Shown: positions 10,346 through 21,998 of the stretch, piece after piece
How positions within the stretch are numbered: the stretch's first letter is position 1
Layout: every line of letters starts with the position of its first letter
Origin: Chiloscyllium plagiosum
Lineage: Eukaryota
Length of the DNA stretch: 30,461 nucleotides
Reading direction: 5' to 3'
NCBI RefSeq assembly: GCF_004010195.1
Contig: NC_057719.1
Coordinates: forward strand, 46,324,021 to 46,354,481
Notes under the pieces: model-generated
Seen by the model: only the letters and a program-made list of their open reading frames with translations
What the model was told of the DNA's origin: nothing
Database searches by the model: none
Program-made: the position numbers and the translations under genes

Positions 10346-10729
10346 GGGTGGCCAGTAAATACAAAATTCCCAAGATGGGGAATCTAATCTTAAAATTAAA
10401 TATAATCTATTCAGTAATTACAAAAACATTAAAGTTATGAATGTTATCCACATTCTATTTGATCATAAATATATCATTCAATTGTTAAGGAAGTACAGAC
10501 AGAATAAATATTTTTCAGGAAACTTCCCAGGTTACCAATGATCCCATTTCATCCCTTCCCGTCGCATTTTTTGATACCTTCAGGGAATAAAGGAAAAGCA
10601 ATTGTTTTAGTTTGGAGCAGGAGCTGAAGGAGACGAAGGTCAAAATAACTTATACTTTTATAAATTAGATCAGAGTTTGGGGAATTAATCAAATGAATTG
10701 AAAACTAATATTAAAACTCTGCAGATCAA

Positions 10730-10789
10730 ACATGAGTAAATATGATGCCCAAGTAAATCTGAAAGACATGAGTAAATATGATCCCCAAG
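10730..10789 (+). repeat. Short direct repeat (24 bp, period 36)
   Basis: acatgagtaaatatgatgcccaag / acatgagtaaatatgatccccaag. Confidence 0.85.
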
Positions 10790-11145
10790 CACGACAGATG
10801 GTTGGCAGAGAAAACTTCCACAGCAAGTTGCAAAGCGTCTATTTGAAAGTAAACAAATTCTTTTGAAGTTCCAGCATAATAGCAGAGGTTGAAAAAGCAA
10901 ATTGATGGCATTAGTAAAGTATTTACATTAATTAGATTTGGAAGTACTGTACAAATCCAGAGATGACAGAGAAGTATATAGTTAGGAGGGAGTTACTCTT
11001 GGAGGCACCGACATTGACTCCAGATCCCATGCAAAATCATTGGGCAAGAAACCTTGTGCTAATTACCAGCTAACCAAGCCCAATCCAAATCCTACCTCCA
11101 TCCATCATTTGGACGATGCATTGAAGTTGGCATTGGCCTGCAACG

Positions 11146-11343
11146 TACTTGGATTCCATTTTACAAACATCTGATTTACAAATGCTCATATTAACAAATG
11201 CCATCCCTTTAAGGGGTGTAATTTTAATATTCAACCAATCAACATTTTCAGCACTTACATATGACTGCTTTATGTTCTCTTGTATAGTGTGCCAACTCAC
11301 ATGCAAACTCAGGAATGGAATACATTCGCAACCCAGGAACTGG
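11146..11343. mobile_element. Possible decayed Tigger/pogo-type MITE
   Basis: Repeated ttacaaac/ttacaaat/taacaaat subterminal motifs (CpG-decayed ttacgaac) and an end ggaatggaatacattcgcaacccaggaactg resembling Tigger-type termini. TIRs are not clean. Confidence 0.35.
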
Positions 11344-12612
11344 GTGGAGGCCAAATGGACACAGATACTGGACTGTCTGCAGCAGGTGGTCAGGGAACCA
11401 ATAAAAGGGAAAATGTACTTGACCTAGCCTTTTTTCAATCTATCTGAAACTAATGCATCTGCTCATGATAGAATTAATAGGGATAACTAATGCAGAATCC
11501 TAATGGAGACAAAGTACCCATCTTCACACTGAGGATACTGTCCATCATATTGTGCAGCACATCACCATGCTGAATGTGACAGATTTTAAACAGACCCAAC
11601 AACTCAAGTGATATCACACGACACTGCAGGCCTTCAGCAGCTGCAAAAATGTATTCAATCCATCTATAACCTCACAGTCAAGCATATGCCCCATCCGACT
11701 ATTACCAACAAGCCAGAGATCAACTCTTGTTCAACGAGCAGTACAGTTAGGCATATTAGGAACAGCACCTATCATTCCTAAAAATGAGGTGTCAATTTGG
11801 TGAAGCTACTTGCATGCTAAGCATTGTAGGCAACAGGTGATAACTGATCCCATAACCAACGGGAAATGAGCTCTGCAGTTCTATCACGTCCAGTTGTGAA
11901 CAGTGGTAGACAATTAAAACAACTCATAGGAGGAGGAAATCTACGAAGTGATGGGGAGCCCAGCACTTCAGTGCAAAAGACAATACTGAAACATTCACAA
12001 CTGTCTTCAGTAAGAAATGCTGAAACATTTACAACTATCTTCAGTAACACAATTCATCTCTATCTCCTCCTGAAATCTCCAACACTAGAAATGCCAGCCT
12101 TCACCTAACCCAATTCACTCCATATGACATGTAGAAATGGCTTAAGGCACTGGATATTACAACTGGATACTACAATGGCAAAGTGATTAAAACCTCCAGA
12201 ACCATTTGCACATCAAGCCAGCTACTTCTAATCAGTTTGAACACTGGCATCCAATATGGAAAATATTCACATCATGTCAAAAAGCAGAACAAATCCAAAT
12301 GTTCGAATTATCATTCCAGTTAACTCTCAAACTGATGGAAGGTGTCATTGACAGTGTCACTAAGTGCATTTAACAGTAACCTACTTACTGATGCTCAGTG
12401 AACCATTAAGGCCCAAGCAGTTCCTGACTTCCGAACAGCTTTGGCCCAAATATGGACAAAAGAGCTGAACTCAAGACAGGAAATGAGGGTGACTACCCTT
12501 GACATCAAGGCAGCTTCCAACTGTGTGTGTAGCATCGAACTGGTTGATGGAACTTGGAGGAAAACTTTCCATTGATTGGAATCATACTGAGCATAATAAA
12601 GATGGTTGTAAT

Positions 12613-12717
12613 TAGAGTCATATGTACAGCACAGAAACAGACCCTTTGGTCCAACCCATCCAAGCTGACCAGGTACCCTAAATTCCCTCTAAACCCTTCC
12701 TATTCATATACCCATTT
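12613..12717 (-). mobile_element. HER1-type CR1 extreme 3' tail fragment
   Basis: tagagtcatatgtacagcacagaaacagaccctttggtccaac...ccctctaaacccttcctattcatataccc. Confidence 0.85.
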
Positions 12718-12721
12718 TATG

Positions 12722-13533
12722 TGCACCAGCCTTTACATGAAATATTGGTGAGGCCACTATTGGAAATTGGTTAAGCCACTATTAGAATGCTGCATGCAGT
12801 TCTGATCTCCCTGCTGTAGGAAGGATGTTGTCAAACTTGAAAGGGTTCAGAAAAGATTTAGAAGGATGTTGCCAAGGTTGGAGGATTTGAGCTATAGGGA
12901 GGGGCTGAATAGACTGGGGCTATTTTCCCTGGAGCATCAAAGGCTGAGGGATGACCTTGCAGAGGTTTATAAAATCATGAGGGGCACGGATAGGGTAAAT
13001 AGACAAGGTCTTTTCTCCAGAGTGGGGGTGAGGGGGTGGGAGTCCAAAGGTGAGAGAGAAAAGATTTAAATGGGATCCAAGGGGCAACTTTGTCACACAG
13101 GTGTTGCATGTGTGGAATGAGCTACCAGAGGTGTGGCAGAGGCTGGTACAATACAACATTTAAAAGGCATCTGGATGGGTACATGAATAGGAAGGGCTTA
13201 GTTTAGAGGATTATGGGCCAAATGCTGGCAAATTGGACTAGATTTACTTAGGATACAGTCAGTTCTGATATAATGCAATAGTTCTGTTCTCATGCAATCT
13301 CATGTTATAAGAAAATCATGCAATAGCCACACCATCAAAACTAATGGGACCAGAATCGTGTTGTAGCCAATACAGGTAAGGAAGTTTCTGCAAATGATAG
13401 TCTAAATTCTTCAACTGTGTTAAAGCCAGTTTGTGTTGAAGAAACACACGTTATACCAGCACTGACTGTATCTGGTCAGCATGGATGAGATGGACCGAAT
13501 GGTCTGCTTTTGCGCTGTCTATCTCTATAACTC
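12722..13533 (+). mobile_element. HER1-type CR1 3' fragment with a MITE in its 3'UTR
   Basis: ORF 12866-13069 (LEDLSYREGLNRLGLFSLEHQRLRDDL). The tail resumes at 13471 with tctggtcagcatggatgagatggaccgaatggtctg. Confidence 0.93.
13256..13468. mobile_element. 213-bp Tc1/mariner-superfamily (Tigger/pogo-like) MITE
   Basis: Left TIR cagtcagttctgatataa versus reverse complement of the right end cagtcagtgctggtataa (16/18). TA duplicated at 13254-13255 and 13469-13470. Removal restores the CR1 tail ttaggatatctggtc. Confidence 0.88.
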
Positions 13534-14292
13534 AAGATAAAATACAACCATTACCCCTTGACATTCAATAGTATTACCATCACAGAATCCTTAAATATGG
13601 GAATTCTCACTGAGCAGAATCTAAACTAGCTGTGTAAATACTGAAGCTGCAAGACTAGGTCACAGGCTAGAAATTTGGTGAGGTGTAACTGACCACCTAC
13701 CTCACCACATGTCAGACACAAGTCAGGATTGTGACTGAATACTCTCTACCTGCCTGGATGTGTGCATTCAATAAATTCAAGCAGTTCAGCATCATCCATG
13801 ATTTTAAAAAGGCCACTCTTTGTCACAATTTAACACCTTCAAAATTCACTTCATCCACTATCGATGTACAGTGGCAGCAGTGAGTACCATCACTAAGACT
13901 TCTTAAACAGCATCTTCCAAACCCGCAAACTGTCAGCTAGAAGGGCATGGGCAAATAATATCTGGGAACATCACCATACATCATCCTGACTTGGAACCAT
14001 TCCTCGAATATCACTGGGTTAAAATCCTGGAAATCCCTCCCTTACAATTCAATGTGAACACTGGAACCACATGGACAACAGGTATTCTAGTGAGCAATTT
14101 CACAACGGCAACTTTGGATAGGCAATAAATGCTGACCTAGCTTAGCAATGACCACACCCCGAGCGAATAAAATGTCCAATTGGGAAACTTCTCTTCAAGT
14201 CTTCTAAACATAGCAACCCTCTTAAATATTCACTACATTGGAACATGGAAAACATTGTTTGAATATAATGCGTGTTTATCAAAATTAAAGAC

Positions 14293-15557
14293 AAGTGCTC
14301 ATTATTTAGACTGTGATCTGTTCCAAACTCCACTAAGTTTGCTCCATTATTTGAAATGATCATGTTGATAATACTCTCAATTTCACTTGCCTGTCCCCTC
14401 CGCATATACCTTGACTCCCCAAGTACTCAATATGCCAACTGATCTATTTACAGCTAGCTGTTTAAGCACATCATGTTACATCATGCTGATGCCATTTATC
14501 CATTTGTAATTCCCCAGCATAACTAAACTTTACATGAGGCAAGATTTTTAAAAACTGTAGCTTTCTGTACTTAGCAGCTTGACACCTCAAAGTAGCTGCA
14601 TAGTTTGGTGACAATAGAATCATTATCATGGTTCTTGAACAGCAGATAGTACTATTATCCTAACATAGCACATATTCTGAACAAACTAATACTTCACCTT
14701 TTACCATTGCCAACACATGAATGTCTTTGACATTAAAATTTAATTCTCTCTCATTACGGCAAAATCAACTTCATTAGATCTACCAATAATCCACAAACGT
14801 TTAGAAAACATGAACACATCTAAGTGCAAGGTCCAGATTCGTACTTGTAATTTACATGTTGGCATAAATATTATCTGCACTACATCCATTATATGTTTGA
14901 AAGTTTACAGAAAAATCAGATTTTAATTTGTTCTTCCCTACCTCTCCCGTCTCCACACTCCTGTCATTTTGAAAGTATATGTAAACCTTGTTGCTTTATT
15001 CAAGTGACTGAATATTGCACCTCTTTAAATGTCCTTACTTGTGGGTTTCACCACAGATGAAAACTTTCAACAAAGAAAGAATAATTTCCACCTATCACCA
15101 GTGTTGTTTTCTTCCCAAAGAGCTTTAATGTCTTGAAACCTCCAAACTCAATGATTTTCTTGCCTACACATGCACAAACTTACACTGACCTTGAATCTAG
15201 TTCAAACATCAGTCATGCATCTGCATTTCCTCAGATGAATGCACCAAATTACAGATAACTTCCTGCTGTGGGTATGCACTCTAGGAATTGAATGACAATA
15301 TCTGCAAGATATATTATATAAAATTTAACTTCAAGTTACACACGTGAAAAGCAGAACTTGGGGAATAGGAGAGTAGATTTTATAGTCCCTTAAGTTTGCT
15401 CCATTATTCAAAATGTATTATCCAATAAGGCGCTCACTGTTGAGAGTGTGATCTGTTCCAAACTATACTAAGCTTGCTCCATTATTTGAAATGATCATGG
15501 TTGATAATACACAATTTCACTTGCCTGTCCTCTCCCCATATACCTTGATTCCCCAAG
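14293..15557 (+). repeat. Dispersed ~130-bp duplication (14293-14423 and 15427-15557) that includes an antisense CR1 tail remnant
   Basis: Both copies contain tgtgatctgttccaaact..actaag.ttgctccattatttgaaatgatcatg..tgataatac...caatttcacttgcctgtcc...catataccttga.tccccaag. A third partial copy lies at 15391-15415. Confidence 0.88.
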
Positions 15558-16133
15558 AAACTAAAAATCTATTGATCTCAGTTTATGAAGAAAAAGGTCA
15601 CTTGTGATTTTGTTGGTGATAAGTTAGATTATGACAAAAACAAATGATAGGTATTTTTTTAAAAATGGCAGTACTGTATAGTTTTGAATGATCAAGGCCA
15701 ACTAGATTTCAAGTTAACTAGATTTCAATGGACAGCATTTTGATTTCTACAATTAGATTCAAAAATCCTGAGTTAAAATGGTAAACAATATCAAATGATT
15801 GCAAAAAAGTACTATCCAAATGATCTATAATGCACCAGAACATGTGTCATGTTTCACTGGAGGAATGGTCAGATACTCCTCCTGTTCTGACAGAGGAAAA
15901 AAAACAGGACAAATCTTTCAAGAGAAAAGGAAATCGAAAGATTTTCTTGCTCAGTGATACCTCTTCATAACTGTTGAGACCAAACATGGATCACATTGTG
16001 GTCAAGTTTAAATTTGTTTACAACCATAATATTAGCACCACCCTGTTGAAAATGGCCAAGCCAGTGCAAAAGATTGGGGAAATTTGAACTTAAGTGCAAC
16101 AAACCAAATGCACATATAATAGAGCTTTCAGTG

Positions 16134-17442
16134 GTCATAGAATCATACAGATGTACAGCATGAAAAGAGACCCTTTGGTCCAACCCGTCCACGCTGACCA
16201 GATATCCCAACCCAATCTAGTCCCAGCACCCAGTCCCGTATCCCTCCAAACCCTTCCTATTCTTATACCCATACAGATGCCTTTAAAATGTTGCAATTGC
16301 ACCAGCCTCCACCACTTTCTCTGGCAGCTCATTCCATATACATACCACCCTCTGAGTGAAAACATTGCCTCTTAGATCTCTTTTATATCTTTCCCCGCTC
16401 ACCCCAAACCTATGCACTCTAGTTCTGGACTCCCCCACCCCAGGGAAAAGACTTTGCCTATTTATCCTATCCATGCCCCTCATGATTTTATAAACCTCTA
16501 CAATGTCACCCCTCAGCCTCCGACACTCCAGGGAAAACAGCCCTAGTCTATTCAACTTTTCCCAAAGCTCAATGGCAACATTCTTCCAAGTCTTTTCTGA
16601 ACCCTTTCAAGTTTCACAACACCTTTCCAATAGGAAGGAGATCAGAATTGCATGCAATATTACAAAAGTAGCCTAACCAATGTCCTGTACAGCCGTAACA
16701 TGACCTCCCAACTCCTGTACTCAATACTCTGACCAATAAAGGAAAGCATACCAAATGCCTTCTTCATGATCCTATCTACCTGCGACTCCACTTTCAAGGA
16801 GCTATGAACCTGCACTCCAAGGTTTCTTTGTTCAGGAACACTCCCTTGGACCTCACTATTAAGTGTGTAAGTCGTGCTAAGATTTGCTTTCCCAAAATGC
16901 AGCACCTCACATTTATCTAAATTAAATTCCATCTGCCATTTCTCAGCCCATTGGCCCATCTGATCAAGATCCTGTTGTAATCTGAGGTTACCTTCTTTGC
17001 TGTCCACTACACCTCCAATTTTGGTGCCAACTGCAAACTCACTAACTATACCTCCTATGTTCAAATCCAAATCATTTATGTAAATGATGAAAAGTAGAGG
17101 ACCCAGCACTGATCCTTGTGGCACTCCACTGGTCACAGGCCTCCAGTCTGAAAAACAACCCTCCACCACTACCCTCTGTCATCTACCTTTGAGCCAGTTC
17201 TGTAACCAAATGGTGAGTTCTTCCTGTATTCCATGAGATCTAACCTTGCTCACTAGTCTCCCATAGGGAACCTTGTCGAATGCCTTACTGAAGTCCATAT
17301 AGATTACATTTACCGCTCTGCTCTCATCAATCCTCTTTGTTACTTCTTCAAAAAACTCAATCAAGTTTGAGAGACATGATTTCCCATGCATAAAGCCATG
17401 TTGACTATTCCTAATCAGTCCTTCTTTCCAAATACATGTACA
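16134..17442 (-). mobile_element. HER1-type CR1 LINE, ~1.3-kb 5'-truncated copy with RT domain remnants
   Basis: ORFs show SQHGFMHGKSCLSNL, IYMDFSKAFDKV, SGVPQGSVLGPLLFIIYINDLD and WQMEFNLDKCEVLHFG. The catalytic box is degraded to FAVG and the frame is broken. Confidence 0.97.
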
Positions 17443-19171
17443 CTTCCCCCCAAGTAACCTACATGTCACCAGAAAAAGCCCTTAGTTTAGTTGCAGCATT
17501 CTATAGCCCACAGAAGTGACAGATGTCATTGCTGGCATATCAATGAAATTATGATGGCATAACTGGATTCAGTTCAACTTCTGTATGTGAATTTCAAAGT
17601 TAACAATGCCAGGAGGGAAAGACACTTCTCACTGCAAATGTCTTCACCACGTCCATTAAAACTGTACAGTGACCTATCATCAATACCAACTGACGTTTAG
17701 TAATGTGGCTAATTTAACAGAAGGGCTGCTAGAAAAACTTCTTTATCCAAAATATGAAATAAACTTTCTGCATTCAATTCTTAGAAGGAACTTACTACTA
17801 GACAGTGGAGTTTGGAACAGATCACTGTCTAAATATCAAATGCATTATTGAACAGTATGTTGAGTTTACACTCAGCATATGTACTGTATGATAACAAATT
17901 TCATGATGCTTGTTTCAATTCCTTATTTCAGAGTTGCAAATTTCTTCTGACAGATGTTGCCACTGAAGCATGACTCCAAGTCAGAATTGTATCATTGCAC
18001 CCATCTGTTTAATCATTTTAAATCTTACACAGGACAATGACAATAGAACAATGCCCAGTTAAAGACAGTTGGTGCATAGTACAAAGAAACACAGTTAATC
18101 GTCATTTCCAGTCTCCTCATATATAGATACACATTATAAAACCTGTAATCTTCTCTGAGCCAATATTAAAGTAATAGCTCGACATACCCATGCAGTTTAA
18201 TGAAGTGCCCTTTCACAAAGTTCTCAATGTTATTAAACATAACATCCAAGCTAAACGCTGTTGACATGATGAGTGGCGTGTTTGTTTATGGTCACAAAAT
18301 CAAAAAAAACAGTTCATAACTTGTTGTAAAGTACAAAACATCCAGTAGGAGAGTTTTTCTAAATTGTTAGAAAGCCAATAAAGGTTAAAAGTCCTATTAT
18401 ACGAGTACTAATTTTTTTTTAAATGTTTAGGTATTTCACTTTCCACTACCATTTTCACTGCTCCTTCATGATCTTTAAACTATTCTCAATTCTAAACTCA
18501 ATCAACTTATTCTTTGCTGCTTTAATTTTCATTTAAGCTCACTGCCAGATCTCCAAATTTCCAACACCCCTCCAGCTTCACCACTGTACACCAATGGCCG
18601 CACCCCTCAATTTCTTCTTCATAACAGGTTGCCATCATGAAAGACCCATTTTTGGGAGTCACTAATTTATTTTCTTATCCAACTCAATTCTGCCCCTTCA
18701 TCTTCAACAGGTGGAAAATACTACCTTGTTCTCTTAAAATGCCTCTGGAACCATCCTCCTGGCATATTTTAACAGGATTTGCAGATGTACAGTCACAACC
18801 TTTACAACTGATTCTTCGATAGGTCCCAAATAGTCTCCCAACCCTGCCTTCCCCCTTCTAAAAAGAGCCCCAATACATTGCAAAGTTCACAGAGAATCTC
18901 AACTTGCATACACTAGTTGGTTTCATAAGCTTAATCAGCAACACTACTCCATCTCTTCAGGTTTTATATTATTCGCAAACCATCTTCCCCTTTCCTTTAA
19001 TATTCACCTTTGATATTAAATACAAGATGCTTGTGCACCTTTGCACTCAAAACTAAGACCATTTATATTGTTGCCTCTGCAGCTGCATCTCCTCTAATCC
19101 ACTCCCTCCATCCATACTCAAATCCTGCACTTGAACTCGTTGAGTTGAAGTCAGAATCTAATAGCATCTGC

Positions 19172-19815
19172 CATTAGTTGGACTTACCCTTGTTTAGGTT
19201 TTTATACTTTTTGCGTGGCAAGTTGCTGAAAGAGCGATCGATAATGGCACAGGGAGGGAAACAGGGCATCTGGGACCCAACTGATCAAAGCCACCAACGG
19301 TGCATCTCCTTAACCAATCAGATTGAAAGATTATGAAATTAACAGCACACAGAGAAGAAAGGCAACTTAAAATGGATGAATTCAATGTCAAATCAGGTAC
19401 AAAAAGAGAAATAAAGAGAAGGAAAGAAAGAATAACAGTGAGAGACAAATGACATTTTAAAAATCTTCAATCATTGAAATGAATGAATGAATGAGACTCC
19501 AAAATTTGTGAAAATTAATCTTCAATGTCACACTGTGGCAATAATTAACATTCCCCACATCATGAAAAGGTACATACACTGGGATACCCATGACTTAATT
19601 CTGAGGCAAGTTTACTTAATACAGCACACATTTAATGTATTTGAATGACAAGATCCTCTTTTTGCAATGCCAAAGTGGAACAACAGGACCAAAAATAATG
19701 GATATTTGGAACTTATCACATATTAGTCCATTGCTTTAAATTACTGTATCATCATCCTAACTAACAGCAAATATATTTACCGCACCATCATTTTGACAGC
19801 AAAGTCTAGGCCATT
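19172..19815. mobile_element. Possible old non-autonomous DNA transposon (shark MITE-like repeat)
   Basis: The right end cagcaaagtctaggccatt and internal ttaaccaatcagattgaaaga...gaattcaatgtcaaatcaggtac resemble a recalled shark repeat. The left TIR is very degenerate. Confidence 0.35.
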
Positions 19816-20190
19816 ATTCTCTCTCAAGAACATTCCAGTTTAACTCCTAAAGAAAAGGGAATTGTTGGAAAAATGCAAAGAAATAGGATGGATCATTTCA
19901 TAAAACTATCATTGCCTTTGATTAGCACTTTAACCATTCTATTTTTCTCATTCACTTTACAGCAGTGTTAACATGCAACTTTACTGTCTACACAATAAGA
20001 TTCAGAACTAGTTACATATAGGTTAGAAAACCAGCCTGACTTTCATTTCCATTTAATAGCAGAACATAAGGAAGGTTCCTCAACAGGTGCACTGCTGTCT
20101 AAATAATAATCTGGTAAAGAAGATAGAGCCTACTTAGTCTCTCCAATCTGCTCAATCTCTTAATGCTTTGATGCTCTTTAATGCTTAATG

Positions 20191-20566
20191 CTCAGAGTCA
20201 GAAGGTTCTGTGTTTTAATCCTATTCTGTGATCTATGTACAAAAATAAAAGCTGTATTAAATGCGAATCGATTTTTGGCTGAGACATTAAACCAAAGCTC
20301 CACCTGTTCCCAGGGCACTGTTTCAGACAGTAGTGGGTAAACTATCTCTGGAGTCCTGGCTGATAGTTATTCCTCAATCAACATCACAAAAAAAACTCTG
20401 CTCATCCAATTGCTATTTAGCTAATCTTGCTGAGCACAAGTTGATCGCCCCATAGATTTTACATTACAACAGTGACTCCACTTCAGAAGTACTAAATTAG
20501 CTGCAAAGTGCTTTTAATATCCTGAAGTCATGAAAAGCACTATATAAATGTAAGTCTCTCTTCTTT
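20191..20566 (+). mobile_element. Deu-domain SINE (SacSINE1/AmnSINE1-like)
   Basis: gagacattaaaccaaagctcc, ggagtcctggctgatagttattcctcaatcaacatcac, tacattacaacagtgactccacttcagaagtact and the tail gaaaagcactatataaatgtaagtc match the recalled DeuSINE consensus. Confidence 0.8.
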
Positions 20567-21941
20567 GTTGTCACCCAAACAAACATTCATCTTCCTCAAA
20601 CAATTCCTTTTAGTTTATTTTCTATCTCACCCTCAACATAGACTACTTCCATTGCACCTTTTTGAGAAGTATGTTAGGTAACCTGTTAAAAGGTGCTAAG
20701 AAAGTCATTTTTGTCTTAGTCAAAATCATTAACATTTTATGCAGCTAAAAGCCTCATTTGTACTTATACTTTCTTACGTTCAACACATTTTCCACCATTT
20801 TTCTTTTGAACTTTCTCCACAGCACTTATCTACGTATTCAACGTGTACTTAAAAACTATTTTTATTCTGTTCTTTTATTATCAGCCCCACCAAACACAGC
20901 TTCAACGTTGGCACCATCCTAATCAATCAGTAACATTACCTTTCTGCAACATCACCCACAATGCTGGTGTTCATATGTGAAAACTATCTACCGCTACTGA
21001 AATAAATTGAATGACACTTTGTGGCTGAACTGTCATACCAAATATATTTTTTTTGCTATCACTACTAATTTCTGATCCTGAGTTGGTCAACATTTCCACC
21101 ATCCATTCAAATTAAACATGTGGACATTTATATAATCTCAGTTTGATCCCGAGCTCAGCTTTTCAGTCCCATGATTCTTCCCTCATTCCTCTGCCACTAA
21201 ATCATTCCTTTTTAAGCATCAACCTTTTTTGGACACATTATACATATTATCTGTAGCCGTTGGGACTTGAACCGCAGGTATAATGCAACACATCCTAACA
21301 TTGCCTCTTTATGCTTCTCCTTTTTATTTTCGTTAGATTCATTGCACTAATTCCTTCCACACCAGCCTTTCTCACCTCATGGTTCCATAGTGTTCAACTA
21401 ACTTAGCATCCTAAATCTCAGCAAATTTACTTTTATAACTTGTAGACATTTAAATCCCATTTTGCTTTTCTATCTGGAATGCTTGCCCAAATTTGTGCTT
21501 CTGATTCAGACATTCCTTGCCCTATTCGACTACAGCAATGCAGAGATGATGCAGGCCCGTGATCCTTGGGACTCTCCAAGTAAAAACCACTTTTGCATTG
21601 TGTAATTAGTTCCAATAACGAAGGAGAACAACATACAACTCAACCCAGAAAAACAACACCGCTGTTTTTTGGAGCTTCATCATTGACAAAGTATGGGTAT
21701 GGGGATGGGCAGCAAAGCGGGAGAGAAAGTGTTATGCTTCTTTGCGGCACTTTTAGCCGCGTTTAAACGGAGCATCTGAAAAATACACATCTAGAGGTGT
21801 GAAATCGAAGTAGCTTTCTAACAAAGAAGCGTGTGAGCGAGAAGCTTTACAATTGGGTTGTTCTTCCAGGGGCAATGGGACAGTGTGAGCTCAGTCTAGT
21901 CCTATTGAAGAGAAGCCCCGGAGCTGATATTCTCCTAAATA

Positions 21942-21963
21942 GAGGAGGAGGAGGAGGAGGAGG
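21942..21963 (+). repeat. (GAG)n microsatellite just inside intron 1
   Basis: gaggaggaggaggaggaggagg. Confidence 0.85.
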
Positions 21964-21998
21964 GGGTGAGGTTTAAGACAAGGAGAGGTGATACTCAC

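Larger units (their letters stand above)
11370..14172 (+). mobile_element. Long decayed CR1-clade LINE (endonuclease end, RT, 3' tail), interrupted at 12613-13533
   Basis: LQQVVREPIKGKM/YLDL-like endonuclease end at ~11377-11427, RT motif VTTLDIKAA at ~12489-12515, and 3' tail ggcaataaatgctgacctagc...gaataaaa. Many stops and frameshifts. Confidence 0.8.
1..21998 (-). other. DDHD1: DDHD1 intron 1 (partial; continues beyond the left edge)
   Basis: Begins at the GTGAGT donor. No sequence encoding the expected exon-2 peptide (IPVMRGQWFIDGTWQPLEE-like) was found by eye or in the ORF track. Confidence 0.8.

Noticed and set aside
10286..10389. gggaatctaatc repeated at the SINE end and about 90 bp downstream
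   Set aside because: Both copies lie on the same side of the SINE, so it is not a TSD; too short to interpret.
16660..17469. Reverse-transcriptase ORFs as a functional or domesticated gene
   Set aside because: 5'-truncated CR1 copy with a broken frame and the catalytic FADD box mutated to FAVG.
21973..21998. Tail of the 183-aa ORF (REYHLSLS*)
   Set aside because: Read-through into the intron past the GTGAGT donor; similarity to DDHD1 ends at YPVYW.
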